The position numbers and the translations under genes are program-made. The notes below the pieces were generated by a model that was given only the letters and a program-made list of their open reading frames with translations, searched no databases and was not told the DNA's origin. From NCBI GenBank assembly GCA_963675745.2, contig CAXXWX010000026.1:256001-320000 (forward strand): a stretch of DNA of 64,000 bases, in the 5' to 3' direction. Origin of the DNA: Phycisphaerae bacterium (lineage in GTDB: Bacteria > Planctomycetota > Phycisphaerae > UBA1845 > Fen-1342). Shown one piece after another: positions 18,925-29,859 of this stretch. Each line of letters begins with the position of its first letter. The stretch's first letter is position 1.

Positions 18925-21021
18925 CTATTCCTGCTTCAGCCGACGGATCTTGATATTGCGATACGCAACGCGATCGCCGTGGTCTTGCAGGGCGATGTGA
19001 CCCGTTTTCTCCCGGCCGTAGTCGGGCATGCTTTTGAACTTGCTCGCATCGTAGCGCTTTTGCCAATCGGCGCTGAACAGCTCGTATTCGAGGAGCTTCT
19101 TGCCGTTGAGCCAGTGCTCGATGTGGTTGCCGTCGGCCACCAGTCGTGCCTGGTTCCACAGGCCCACCGGTTCGGTCACATCCTCACACGGTGCATGGAG
19201 CGCGTAATTCGACCCGGCGGAGGTCAGCGCATTACGGCCGTCGGCGTGCTCGGTGTTGTCAAGCACCTGCATCTCGGGGCCGGTCCGCCAAACCGCGTCG
19301 TACTCTTCGCTGACGCGGAAGAATATGCCGCTATTGCCGGCGGCGCAGATGCGCCAATCGATCCGCAGCTCAAAGTTATCGAACTGCTCAACAGTGACAA
19401 TGTCGCCGCCCGAGCTCAGACGAGTCAGACATCCGTTGTGAACCTGCCAGCCGTCGGGCATGTCCGGCTTGCGGAATCCGCGCCAGCCGGCGGTGGTCCG
19501 CCCGTCAAACAGCAACTCCCAACCCGCGGCGCGCTCCTCGTCCGTCAGCACATTCTGCGGCGGTTGAGGCGGCTGCGGCAGCGTTTCGCCGGCGCGTTCC
19601 CGCGGGAGCTTGTGCAGCGTGTACCAGGCTTCGGTACTCAGCGGCGGTTCGCCATCCTCCGAAATGCACGGTGGCAGCAGACGCACATAAACCACGTGTC
19701 CGGGCTTCAGCTCATCGACGGCTAGAAACACACGCCGCCGATCCGCTGAGACGCCGGCCGACCTTACAGGCGTTCGCGTTCCGTCGCGCGCCGGGCGCTG
19801 TCCGGTGGTGATGTCGAATGGCCACTGCTCGACGAGATATGATTCGGGGTCCCAGCCGACGCGCGGATCGAGCGGCCTGGTGAACTCGATCTCGAGGCCG
19901 TTGGTCATCATGCGCACGCCGGCGATTTCAAACACTGTCTTGCCGGTCGCTTGCAGACGTTGCCATTGCGGCGTACCGGCCGGTCCCGGTCGTTCAACGT
20001 AGATTTCGCCATCTTTGCCCATGAGGATTGAGCGAACACCACCCTCCTGTGGGCCGGCGAAACGCAGGACGCAACCCGCGGCCCGCTCAGAGTACTCGTC
20101 GGCGAATACGCGCCAGATGCCACCGTTGACAAGATCACCGACGAGTGTTTGCCCGGCGAACGGCCCCTCGGAGACCACGCGCACGGCGCTCTGCATGACC
20201 GCGCCAACCTCAGCGGGCAGCCAGGCATAGACCGGCACTTCCGGCAAACTGTTGCGGTTCATCGTGGGAAAACGGCGGGTGCTGTGGGCGGGCGTCGTTT
20301 CGGTGGCCAGCTCGGCGCGGCCGGCGAACACGTCATACCCCGGGTGCATGCCCTCCAGCGGCGAACCGTCACCAGGACGGCCCCGCCGTAGCGGTGTGAC
20401 AAACCGTTTCCGGCCCGGCGCAGTTTCGCGTGAAGCCGCGGCGTCATGTTTGAGCTGCCGCGCGGGCACCAGCGAGAACTCGCCCGCCTTGGCGGACGGC
20501 GGCTGCCACTCGAGCAGCAGACGTTCGCCACCCCCCATCTCAAAGTGCCGGATGAGTAACGTGTGCAGCCCGCTCGCCAGCGTGATGGCTCCGTCCTTGG
20601 GCGTAGCGCCGTGTGGGCCATCGTGGTCGACCACCAGCTTGTCGTCGATCCACAGCTTTGAGCCGTCATCGCTGATCAGCCGGAATACATAGTCGCCCGC
20701 CGTCTCGATCTCGACATATCCGGCGACGGTGGTCAGGAAGTTGTCTTTGAAGTCGCCGAACCCGCCACTACCATCACCGAAGTCGATCGTCGTGCGGACC
20801 TCGGCCAGGTTGGGCAGTTGGCCCGGCACGAGATCGGGCAAGGCGTAGACCGCCTGCTGAATATCATAAAGTTCGAGCAGTACGCCCGGGGCGGTTTCCG
20901 GCACAGTGACGGGTTCGAGCGGCAGGTCGCGCTGAGCTCGACCTACCCGACTTGGTTGTGCCGTAAGCGGGGTGGTGGCGAAGAGTGCCAGCAGGCAGAA
21001 CGCAGTTGTTTGTCGCAGCAT
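18925..21021 (-). CDS. Secreted PA14 + partial beta-propeller + DUF1080 (3-keto-disaccharide hydrolase-like) protein
   Basis: Signal peptide; PA14 FRLISDDGSKLWID; DUF1080 GWELLFDG, GNSGIF, EMQVLD and GHIALQDHG. Start placed at 21021 because the longer ORF overlaps the MMPL gene. Confidence 0.88.
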   Translation of the reverse strand: MLRQTTAFCLLALFATTPLTAQPSRVGRAQRDLPLEPVTVPETAPGVLLELYDIQQAVYALPDLVPGQLPNLAEVRTTIDFGDGSGGFGDFKDNFLTTVAGYVEIETAGDYVFRLISDDGSKLWIDDKLVVDHDGPHGATPKDGAITLASGLHTLLIRHFEMGGGERLLLEWQPPSAKAGEFSLVPARQLKHDAAASRETAPGRKRFVTPLRRGRPGDGSPLEGMHPGYDVFAGRAELATETTPAHSTRRFPTMNRNSLPEVPVYAWLPAEVGAVMQSAVRVVSEGPFAGQTLVGDLVNGGIWRVFADEYSERAAGCVLRFAGPQEGGVRSILMGKDGEIYVERPGPAGTPQWQRLQATGKTVFEIAGVRMMTNGLEIEFTRPLDPRVGWDPESYLVEQWPFDITTGQRPARDGTRTPVRSAGVSADRRRVFLAVDELKPGHVVYVRLLPPCISEDGEPPLSTEAWYTLHKLPRERAGETLPQPPQPPQNVLTDEERAAGWELLFDGRTTAGWRGFRKPDMPDGWQVHNGCLTRLSSGGDIVTVEQFDNFELRIDWRICAAGNSGIFFRVSEEYDAVWRTGPEMQVLDNTEHADGRNALTSAGSNYALHAPCEDVTEPVGLWNQARLVADGNHIEHWLNGKKLLEYELFSADWQKRYDASKFKSMPDYGREKTGHIALQDHGDRVAYRNIKIRRLKQE

Positions 21022-21235
21022 GTGGAGCGTCCTTTGTGATCGGGTGTTCGACTTGTACTGAACATCGACAGCATATCGCGGCGGCACAAAAGGCGAAACT
21101 CCACGCCGACACGCAAGCCACCAGGCCGGCGTCGCCGTGCTCGACGGCCCTTGCGAACCGGGGGTATCATTGCGACGGCAATATGCCGTTGAAAATCCAC
21201 CAGGCGCTCGACATTCCACCAGGAGTACAGCCACG

Positions 21236-24116
21236 ATGAACTTCGGTGCCCGCATCGCCGACTTCTGCGTACGCAAATACGGGCTGGTAACCGCGGCCAT
21301 GCTGATCGTGACGCTGGTCATCGCCGCCGCAGCCGCCCTGCCGTCCATCTGGCCGACCGCCTTCCCGTTTCTGAGCGGCGTAACCGTCGACACCGATCCC
21401 GAGAACATGTTGTCGCACGATGAACCCGTGCGCGTCTTCCACGACCAGATGAAGAAAGAGCTCACGCTGCACGAGATCGTCGTGGTGGGCGTGGTGAACG
21501 AAGACCATCCCAACGGCGTCTTTAATGCGCAGTCGCTGAAACGCGTGTATGAGCTGACTGAGTTCGCCAAGACGCTTCAGTGGGAGGAGGACGGCGAGAC
21601 CGTCGGCGTGGTCACCGCCGATCTGATCGCGCCTTCGACCGTGGACAACATCGAACAGGGCGGATTGGGCACGGTGAAGTTCGAGTGGTTGATGCCCGAA
21701 CCGCCGGACACCGACGAGGCGGCCGAGGCGGTGCGCACCAAGGCACAACGGCTGCCGTTTCTGGATGGAACCCTGGTCTCTGAAGACGGCAAGGCGGTTT
21801 GCCTGTATCTGCCGTTGACCAGCAAGACGCTCAGTTATCGCGTATACAGCGAGCTTAAGAAGAAGATCGCGACTTTTGAGGGCGACGAACGTTATTACAT
21901 CACCGGACTGCCGGTGGCGGAGGATACTTTCGGCGTCGAGATGTTCATTCAGATGGCGGTGTCGGCGCCGGCCGCAATGCTGGTGATTTTCCTGCTGATG
22001 CTGCTGTTCTTCCGCCGGCTGGTGCTGGTCATCTCGCCGATGATCATCGCCATGGTCTCGGTGATCTTCACCATGGGGCTGCTGATCATCTGCGGATTCC
22101 CCGTACACATAATGAGCAGCATGATCCCGATTTTCATCATGCCGATCGCCGTGCTCGACGCGGTACACATCCTCAGCGAGTTCTTTGAGCGTTACCAGGC
22201 GACGCGCGACCGCCACCAGACCATCGTCACGGTCATCGACGAGTTGTTCATGCCGATGCTGTACACGTCGCTGACGTCGGCGGCGGGGTTCGCATCGCTG
22301 GCGTTGACACCGATCCCGCCCGTGCAGGTCTTCGGCGTGTTCGTGGCCGTGGGGATACTGGCGGCGTGGGTTTTGACGATCGTGTTTATGCCGGCGTATG
22401 TCATGTTCATCTCGCCGCGGGCGCTGGAATCGTTCGGGGCGGCACACGATGCGGCTACCGGCACGGCCGCGGCCGACACCTGGCTGGCGCGGCTGATGAA
22501 CTGGACGGCACGCGTGACATACGTGCGGGCCAAGCTGATTCTGGCGCTGTCGCTCGTCGTGCTGCTCGTCGCCGGCTACGGTATCAGCCGGATCGTAATC
22601 AACGACAACCCTGTGAAGTGGTTTGAGAAATCTCATGACATTCGTGTCGCCGACCGCGTTCTGAACGAGCACTTCGGCGGCACGTACATGGCGTATTTGG
22701 CACTGGAGGCTGCTGAGCAAGCGTTCAACGCCGGCGGCGACGCCGCCGATTTTGGCGCGCTGGCGGTGGCACGCGCAGACGAATTGAAGGCGGAACTGCC
22801 GAATGCCCCAACCGTTTTCGCCGAACTTAGCACGCTGGCGGCGGAGCTCTCAACCCAGGCGAACACGCGTGCCGCGTGGCTCGGCCGGTTGGCCGAAAGC
22901 GTCATGGCGCGCGCTGATGCGGCTGACGATGAGCTCGCATTCGCCTGGGAGGAAGCGGGCCTGTTCGTTGACGAGCAACGCCAACGCGCCGAAGTCTTCA
23001 AGGATCCCGAGGTGCTGCGCTACATGGCTGAGCTGCAGGACGTGATGCACGCCAGCGCGGTTGTCGGCAAGTCGAACTCGTTGGCGGATATCGTGAAGAC
23101 CGTACACCGCGCGCTGCTCGAAGGCGAGCAGAGCCAGTTTCGCATTCCCGAAAACCGGCGCATGGTCGCCGAATGCCTGATGCAGTTTCAGAACGGTCAC
23201 CGCCCCGACGATCTATGGCACTTCGTCACGCCCGACTATCGCACGTCGAGCCTGTGGGTACAGCTCACCAGCGGCGACAACCGCGACATGCGCAAGGTGG
23301 CCGACACGATCGACGCTTACGTGGCCGAGCATCCGCCGCCGGCGGGCATCACCCACCGTTGGTTCGGTCTGACGTACATCAATATTGAGTGGCAGCAGAA
23401 GATGGTGGGCGGCATGCTTCAGGCGTTCGCCGGCAGCTTCCTGGTGGTGTTCATCCTGATGGCGATCCTGTTCCGCTCGGCGCTGTGGGGCCTGCTGTCC
23501 ATGATCCCGCTGACGGTCACGATCGTGGCCATCTACGGCGCGGTGGGTCTGGTCGGCAAGTCGTACGACATGCCGGTGGCGGTGCTGTCGTCGCTGTCAC
23601 TCGGTCTGGCCGTCGACTTCGCCATCCACTTCCTGGCGCGCAGCCGTCGATATCACGAGGAGCACGGCACGTGGGAGCGCACCGTGCCGGTCGTCTTTGG
23701 CGAGCCGGCGCGGGCGATTATGCGTAACATCATCGTGATCGCCACCGGCTTCACGCCACTGCTGCTGGCGCCGCTCATGCCGTATAAGACGGTGGGCGTG
23801 CTGCTGGCCATCATCCTGCTGGTGTCAGGCGTGGCAACACTGCTGATTCTGCCGGCGGCGATCCGTGTGCTGGAAAGCCGGCTGTTCGTGACGAAAGGGA
23901 CCGATCGGCCCGGCCTGCAATTGTGTAACCTGTCTGGTGATCTCGCTCGCCGCGGTCTTGCTGATCGCCATTACGCTGCATCAGGCCGGCTTCAGTTACA
24001 GCCTGCTGACCTGGGCCGGCATCGTGGCCATACCGCTGATGGCCCTGACCTGTGGAGCGCTTTCACGCCGATCGGCGTGCCGGATGCTTGCGCCCGCGAA
24101 AGGAGAGTCAACATGA
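21236..24116 (+). CDS. MMPL/RND-family transporter (COG1033-like) with apparent +1 frameshift near 23895
   Basis: AGGAG RBS; two MMPL repeats (D..HI, TSLTSAAGF; GLAVDFAIH). A plausible C-terminus (CNCVTC plus 2 TM) continues in another frame to TGA 24116; the uncorrected ORF ends at 24178. Confidence 0.88.
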
Positions 24117-24125
24117 GCACGAACC

Positions 24126-24968
24126 TTGCTTCGCATCACGTTGATCACGGTGTGGCTGGCGACCGCGGTCTGCGCTGACGAGCCGGCCACTGCCGAGCTG
24201 ACCGTGGACGAGATTGTCGCCAAGACCAACCGCGTTTCGTACTACCAGGGCGCCGACGGCCGCGCGCAGGTCGCGATGAAAATCGTTGACGCCCAGGGCC
24301 GTGAGCGCAACAGGGAATTCACGATCCTCAGATGGGACGAGCCGAAGGAAGGAACCACTGGCGACGAACACTGCGGCGACCAGCGCATGTACGTTTACTT
24401 CCATAAACCGGCCGACGTGAACAAGATGTCGTTTCTCGTCTGGAAGCACCTGGACAAGGACGACGACCGCTGGTTGTATCTGCCCGCGCTGGATTTGGTA
24501 AAGCGGATATCCGCCGCCGACAAGCGGACCAGCTTCGTCGGCTCTCACTTCTTCTATGAAGACGTCTCGGGCCGGCATATCGATGACGATCACCACGAGC
24601 TGGTCGAGACAACGAAGAACTACTACGTGCTCAAGAACACCCCCAAGGATCCCAAGCCCGTGGAGTTCAAGTACTTCAAGATGTGGATTGCGAAGGGCTC
24701 ATTCGTCGTCGTCCGTACGCGGTTCTTCGACAAGGACCCCGAAGCGGACGGCAGCGATCCACCGCCTTACCGCACTTACGAAGTGCCCGCGGACGGCTTC
24801 AAGATGATCCAGGGATATCCCACGATCGTGAAATCAACCATGACCGACCACCGCACAGGCGGGCACACCGATCTGGAATACAAAGATGTCAGCTACGATA
24901 TCGGCCTGCCGGACGAGATCTTCAGCGAGCGGTATCTGCGCAAGCCGCCGCGGAAATACCTGCGCTGA
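24126..24968 (+). CDS. Outer-membrane lipoprotein-sorting (LolA-like) protein
   Basis: Motif F.KPADV....L.......DDDRWLYLPAL..VKRI......SFVGS.F.YED. The true start is probably ATG 24113 (AGGAG), which is one base out of frame. Confidence 0.9.
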   Translation: MLRITLITVWLATAVCADEPATAELTVDEIVAKTNRVSYYQGADGRAQVAMKIVDAQGRERNREFTILRWDEPKEGTTGDEHCGDQRMYVYFHKPADVNKMSFLVWKHLDKDDDRWLYLPALDLVKRISAADKRTSFVGSHFFYEDVSGRHIDDDHHELVETTKNYYVLKNTPKDPKPVEFKYFKMWIAKGSFVVVRTRFFDKDPEADGSDPPPYRTYEVPADGFKMIQGYPTIVKSTMTDHRTGGHTDLEYKDVSYDIGLPDEIFSERYLRKPPRKYLR

Positions 24969-25021
24969 CCGCATCGTCGCGGAAGCCACATGCCGACGCG
25001 AACAGTCGTCGGCATGCCACC

Positions 25022-26164
25022 CTACAGGGCGTTTTCAATCAGCTCGCAGACGCGGCGGCTGGCGCTGGTGTCTTCCAGCGGGCGCACCACCTCGTCAATC
25101 TGACGGACCATCAGCTCGCGCCATGGCTGGTCGCCCAGAAGCTGGCCGGCAACGTCGGCGATGGGTCTCAGGTCGCGAATAAACGGCATGAATTCGGGCA
25201 CCACTCGCCGCTGTCCGAGAATATTCACCAGCGACAAGTGCGGGAGATTGATCATCAAACGCCCCGCCACGCGGTAGGGCCAATACAACAGCCGACCGGC
25301 ATCGTACATGACAATCATCGGCTTGCGGTAATGCGCCACATGCAACGTGGCGGTTCCCGAGGCGGTCAATACCAGGTCGGCGGCGGTGAGAAGACTGGCG
25401 TTGTCCGCCACGACGACTTCCGCCGCCACATCCTCCTCATGCAGACACACGCGAATCTGCTCCTCGCGATCGGGGGCCACACACGAGACAATCGGCCTGA
25501 TGTCATGTCCCATAGCGCTCAGGCGGCGAATAATCCCAAGCTGCAACGGCAACATGGTGGCGATCACGTGCCGACGGGAGCCCGGCAGCAGTGCGACAAT
25601 CGGCCGCGCGGCCGCACGCCAGTCGGCGATGCGCCGCTCATCGGGCTGTTCGTCACGCAGCGTCTCGAACAGCGGGTGGCCGACAAACTCGGCGCGAATG
25701 TTGTGCCCGCGAAAGTACGCCTCTTCGAAGGGCAGAATGCAGGCCACCTGGTCCACGTACTTGCGAAGCTGGGTGTTGCGCCACGGCCGCGAGGCCCAGG
25801 TCTGCGGCGCTATGTAATAGAGAACCTTGAGACCGAGGCGATGAGCGCGCTTGGCCATGCGCAGATGGAGAGCCGACGAGTCCATCACGACCACGACGTC
25901 CGGGCGTCGTCGCCGCCATGCCTCTTCCGCCGCACGCAGCGCTCGGCGGGCCGTGCCGACAAGTTTGACCACTCCGGCCAGCATGGCGGCGTGTTGCGCG
26001 AAATCAAAGACCGTTTCGGCGCCGGCGTCGCGCATGCGCGGCCCGGTCAAGCCTTGAAACCGCCAGTCGGCGTGCAGCTCGGCGGCCGTTCGCATCAGCC
26101 GCGCCGCGTGTACATCCGCGGAATCCTCGGCGACGGATATGAAGATGTGCGGGCCTTCAGGCAC
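25022..26164 (-). CDS. lpxB: Lipid-A-disaccharide synthase
   Basis: Motifs AEDSAD, YYIAPQTWASR, ILPFE, FVGHPL, LLPGSR, SGTATL and PEF; GGAGG RBS before GTG 26164. Confidence 0.95.
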   Translation of the reverse strand: MPEGPHIFISVAEDSADVHAARLMRTAAELHADWRFQGLTGPRMRDAGAETVFDFAQHAAMLAGVVKLVGTARRALRAAEEAWRRRRPDVVVVMDSSALHLRMAKRAHRLGLKVLYYIAPQTWASRPWRNTQLRKYVDQVACILPFEEAYFRGHNIRAEFVGHPLFETLRDEQPDERRIADWRAAARPIVALLPGSRRHVIATMLPLQLGIIRRLSAMGHDIRPIVSCVAPDREEQIRVCLHEEDVAAEVVVADNASLLTAADLVLTASGTATLHVAHYRKPMIVMYDAGRLLYWPYRVAGRLMINLPHLSLVNILGQRRVVPEFMPFIRDLRPIADVAGQLLGDQPWRELMVRQIDEVVRPLEDTSASRRVCELIENAL

Positions 26165-26249
26165 CGCCAATTCCTCCGTCGGTGTTTCCGCGTGGTGGGC
26201 GGCGGCCCGGTACACGAGGCCCGTGGTGTCCGGCGCCGCCGACGAAGCA

Positions 26250-26300
26250 GCCTGCGCCGCCAACGTAGCGGCCTGCGCCACCAATGTAGCGGCCTGCGCC
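26250..26300. repeat. 21-bp tandem repeat (about 2.4 copies)
   Basis: GCCTGCGCCGCCAACGTAGCG / GCCTGCGCCACCAATGTAGCG / GCCTGCGCC. Confidence 0.7.
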
Positions 26301-26424
26301 TCGCAGGCCGTCGGTGTGAAGAGCCGCTTCCAACGCGCTACGGCCGGCGGGGCGCCGGCCGCTACGCTGTTTGACCGCGTGTACCACACCGACGCCGAAT
26401 TGCCCGGGCGCGACCGGCGGCGTG

Positions 26425-27456
26425 CTACTCCTCGCCATCATCGGCGCCCGGCTTCGTGGGCTTGTCCGGTGCAACATCAACCTGCTCGCCACCACTGTCA
26501 ACGTTGGCCTTGGTGTAGATCCGGGTCGGCAGCGTGATGCGCCTGGGCACCTCCTTGCCGTTCAGGATATCCACGGCGACATCCAGCCCCTTCTCGCCAG
26601 GCGTCGGATAGGCAACCGTGGCGGCCAATTCGCCGGTCTTTACCCAGCGAATCCCCTCATCGGGCAGCGAATCTATGCCGACGATCTTGATTTCATTCTG
26701 GCGGTCGGCGGATTTGGCTGCCAGGTAAGCGCCATGGCCCATCGGGTCGTTGTGCGCATACACGACGTCAATGCGCTCGTGGGCCTTCAGGGCCGCCGCA
26801 AACAGCGTCTGGGCCACGTCTTTCTTCCAGTCGGCGTCAAGGCCGCCAAGAACCTCGATACCCTTCTCCTTATCGATGAGCTCGTGGAAGCCCGCGCGGC
26901 GTTCCTGGCCGGGGGTGGAAGCCAGCCCGCCACAGATTTCATAAACGACACCCTCGGCCTTTCCCGGACCGCCGAGCAGGTTGACGATGTACATGCCGGC
27001 GGCGCGGCCGATGACTTTGTTGTCACTGCCGACAAAGCAGTTGTAGCCCTTGAAATTGACGTCACGATCAAGCACGACAACGGGAATGCCTGCTTCGACG
27101 GCTTCCTTTACGACCCCGGTGAGTCCGGGGGCCTCTTTGGGGCTGACCAGGATGGCGTCAACGCCACGCCGAATGAAAGTGCGCATCTGGGCGACCTGCA
27201 CCTCGGTCTTGTCGTTGGCGTCGAGCACCTCGAGCCTGACGTCGGGGTGGTTCTTCTTTGCGTGATCCACCAGACGCCGATTGAACTCGACGCGCCACGG
27301 TTCCTTCACCGTACACTGCGAGAATCCGATGACGTAGCGCTCTTCGGCGAAGGCCCACCCCGGACCAATGCTGGCAAACGCCATCAGCGCCAGCGCGGCG
27401 CAGGGCATGACAAGTGAGCTGAGTTGTGACCTGTAGGCGTTTTTGCGCGATTTCAT
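26425..27456 (-). CDS. Sugar ABC transporter periplasmic binding protein (RbsB-like)
   Basis: Motifs IGFSQ, GIPVVVLDR, VGSDN, ERRAGF, AHND.M and GID. Confidence 0.93.
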   Translation of the reverse strand: MKSRKNAYRSQLSSLVMPCAALALMAFASIGPGWAFAEERYVIGFSQCTVKEPWRVEFNRRLVDHAKKNHPDVRLEVLDANDKTEVQVAQMRTFIRRGVDAILVSPKEAPGLTGVVKEAVEAGIPVVVLDRDVNFKGYNCFVGSDNKVIGRAAGMYIVNLLGGPGKAEGVVYEICGGLASTPGQERRAGFHELIDKEKGIEVLGGLDADWKKDVAQTLFAAALKAHERIDVVYAHNDPMGHGAYLAAKSADRQNEIKIVGIDSLPDEGIRWVKTGELAATVAYPTPGEKGLDVAVDILNGKEVPRRITLPTRIYTKANVDSGGEQVDVAPDKPTKPGADDGEE

Positions 27457-27532
27457 ATAGTGCCCTCGTGAACAGCCGTGAGTCGTAGTCTGGCTCGGCC
27501 CACAGCGCGGCGAAGCAGCCGCCGCGCCCATT

Positions 27533-28891
27533 TCATGTACCGAGGCGTACAGTGCGGCGCATCGATGTCATCAAACCGCCCAGCCCTCCAGTCTGGATGG
27601 CGGCGGCGCCGACTATGATAATGCCCTTCAGGATTTCCTGAATCTCGCTTGAAACCGAACGCAGGTTCAGGATGTTGGTCAGGTAGCCGAAGATCATCAC
27701 ACCGACCAGCGTGCCGAAAATGCTGCCGCGCCCCCCCATCAAGCTCGTGCCGCCTATGACCACCGCGGCGATCGCGTCAAGTTCCATCATCTGGCCCGCG
27801 TCGGCCTTGCCCTGCATGTACTTGGCGCAGTAGAGCACGGCGGCCACGCCCGCCAGCATTCCGCTGGCCGTATAGACGAAAACCTTGATCTGTGCCGTGC
27901 GGATGCCCGAAAGCCGGGCGGCCTCCTCGTTTCCGCCGACGGCGTATATGTGCCGGCCGAGCGGCAGCTTGTGGAGCAGAAACGCGACCAGCAGCCAGCA
28001 CCCGATGAAGATCAGCCCGGGCAAGGGAATCAGCTTCACGCTGCGGACATTACCGCTGCGCTGCGTCACGGTCCCGACTTCGAGCAGCTTCAGGTTGCCA
28101 AGCCGTTCGAACGAGGGCGGCGCCCCGGCCACCTCGACCTCTCTGGTTTGCTCATTCTCGTACGCGGTGTAGATCGTGTGAATGCGACCGCCGTCTCCGG
28201 CGATCCACTTGGCCAGTCCGACCGCCAGAATCATCATGGCCAGTGTGACGATAAAGGGCTGGAGCCGGGTGCGCGCGATGATCAGCCCACTGGCCATACC
28301 CAGCAGCCCCCCAACCGGTGGAACGACCAGTGCCACGCCGAGCGTCGTGAATCCATCCGTCAGATAGCCGCGGGCAACCTGCACCACCAGACACGCCACG
28401 ATCACGGAGACCCCGACCGCGACAGTGACACCCAGCGGCGTCAACCGTGGCCGCCTCCCCAGCGCCCGCACCATCGGTGAGACAATCAGCCACGCGATTA
28501 GGCCGCCGAAGATCGCCAGCGCGGGCAACAGGATCAGGTGGGCGCGCGTAAACGTCCCGCCGAGAGCACCGTCGGCGTCAAAATCCGGCGGCATGATCAG
28601 CATGGCGCACACCACCGTGCAGAGCGAGAGCACGCTGCCAACCGACAGGTCAATCCCCGCGGTCAGGATGACGAGCGTCATGCCCACCGCCAGAATGCCG
28701 TTGATCGCCACGAACTCGAGCACATCACGTTGATTGTCGACGGTGAGAAACTGCGGGTGCAGAAAGACACCGGCGGCGAAGATGATCCCGAGCGCGATCA
28801 GCAACGTGAGCTGCCGGAGAAACACGCCGGGCCTGAACAAATGGCGCTTCGCCGACGAGGTATCCGCGATCTGTGGGCTTCCCGTGGGCAT
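27533..28891 (-). CDS. Sugar ABC transporter permease (RbsC family) with insertions
   Basis: Motifs GMTLVILTAGIDLSVG, PFIVTL, GRHIYAVGGNEEAARLSGI and ELDAIAAVVIGGTSL.GG.G. Confidence 0.93.
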   Translation of the reverse strand: MPTGSPQIADTSSAKRHLFRPGVFLRQLTLLIALGIIFAAGVFLHPQFLTVDNQRDVLEFVAINGILAVGMTLVILTAGIDLSVGSVLSLCTVVCAMLIMPPDFDADGALGGTFTRAHLILLPALAIFGGLIAWLIVSPMVRALGRRPRLTPLGVTVAVGVSVIVACLVVQVARGYLTDGFTTLGVALVVPPVGGLLGMASGLIIARTRLQPFIVTLAMMILAVGLAKWIAGDGGRIHTIYTAYENEQTREVEVAGAPPSFERLGNLKLLEVGTVTQRSGNVRSVKLIPLPGLIFIGCWLLVAFLLHKLPLGRHIYAVGGNEEAARLSGIRTAQIKVFVYTASGMLAGVAAVLYCAKYMQGKADAGQMMELDAIAAVVIGGTSLMGGRGSIFGTLVGVMIFGYLTNILNLRSVSSEIQEILKGIIIVGAAAIQTGGLGGLMTSMRRTVRLGT

Positions 28892-29025
28892 CGTCAGCGC
28901 GAGAGAGTAGCCGCAACTTCGGGCGGCGGCAACGCCGCGCCGGGCCGCCAATTGGACGGCGGGGCGCTAAACGCGTAAGTTGTCGAGGCGCGCTGTTGAC
29001 GAAGCTGCCGGTAGAGACAATCGCC

Positions 29026-29805
29026 ATGATCCACGAATGGAACCTGACCGAGACAAACCTGCATCGCATCTCGCAGCGGAAGTACGAAGTCGCCGTGCTG
29101 CCCGTCGGCGCGACCGAGGCGCACAACCGCCACCTGCCACAGGGTGAGGACGTGCTCGACGCCACGCACGTCGCCCGGCGCTGCTGTGAGTTGGCGTGGC
29201 CGGCGTGCGAGTCCGTCATCTGTTTGCCAACGCTGCCCTATGGCGTTGACTGCAACCTGATGGCGTTTCCCTTGTCGATCCATGTTTCGCAGGCAACACT
29301 CGACGCGATCGTGCGCGAGATCATCATCGCCCTGCACAAGCACGGCATTCGCAAGATTGTGATTGTCAACGCGCACGGCGGTAACAACTTCGGCCCCCTG
29401 GTGCGACAGATTCAGTGCGATCTGCCCGTACACGTGTTCCTCTGCAACTGGTGGCTGATCGGAAAGGACCAGTACGACGCCATCTTCGATACGCCCGACG
29501 ATCACGCGGGCCAATGGGAGACATCCATCGCGCTGGCGCTGCACCCGGAACTAGTCGAGACGGAAGTCGCGGGCGACGGCCACATGCCCCCGTTTCGTTT
29601 CGAGGCGCTGAAAAATGGCTGGGTCGTCACGAGTCGCGACTTCGCGCGGCTCAATGATCATTGCGCCGCCGGAAACCCGGCCGGTGCCTCGGCCGACAAG
29701 GGTCGGCGGTATCTCGACCTCGCCTGCAAGCGGCTCAGCGCGTTTCTGGTAGAGCTCGCCCAGACCCCCATCGACCAACACTTCCCACACATTCCCACAC
29801 CCTGA
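29026..29805 (+). CDS. Creatininase / creatinine amidohydrolase family protein
   Basis: Motifs LPVGATEAHN.HLP..ED, NAHGGN and DHAG..ETS. Confidence 0.92.
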   Translation: MIHEWNLTETNLHRISQRKYEVAVLPVGATEAHNRHLPQGEDVLDATHVARRCCELAWPACESVICLPTLPYGVDCNLMAFPLSIHVSQATLDAIVREIIIALHKHGIRKIVIVNAHGGNNFGPLVRQIQCDLPVHVFLCNWWLIGKDQYDAIFDTPDDHAGQWETSIALALHPELVETEVAGDGHMPPFRFEALKNGWVVTSRDFARLNDHCAAGNPAGASADKGRRYLDLACKRLSAFLVELAQTPIDQHFPHIPTP

Positions 29806-29859
29806 GCAAACGTGCATGTGCACCGGCGCCGCAATGGCATCGCCGGCCCGCGTGCCCAG

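Noticed and set aside
21022..21570. N-terminal extension of the 881-aa minus ORF
   Set aside because: Overlaps the MMPL gene; a signal peptide begins at 21021.
23890..23902. Programmed ribosomal frameshift at AAAGGG
   Set aside because: The required shift is +1, there is no X XXY YYZ site, and two similar breaks elsewhere suggest sequencing insertions.
24683..26374. 563-aa plus-strand ORF
   Set aside because: Shadow of lpxB and out of frame with the LolA-like gene.
26165..26389. Ala-rich N-terminal extension of LpxB (AQAATL repeats)
   Set aside because: A strong GGAGG precedes GTG 26164; the extension is a translation of the intergenic 21-bp repeat.
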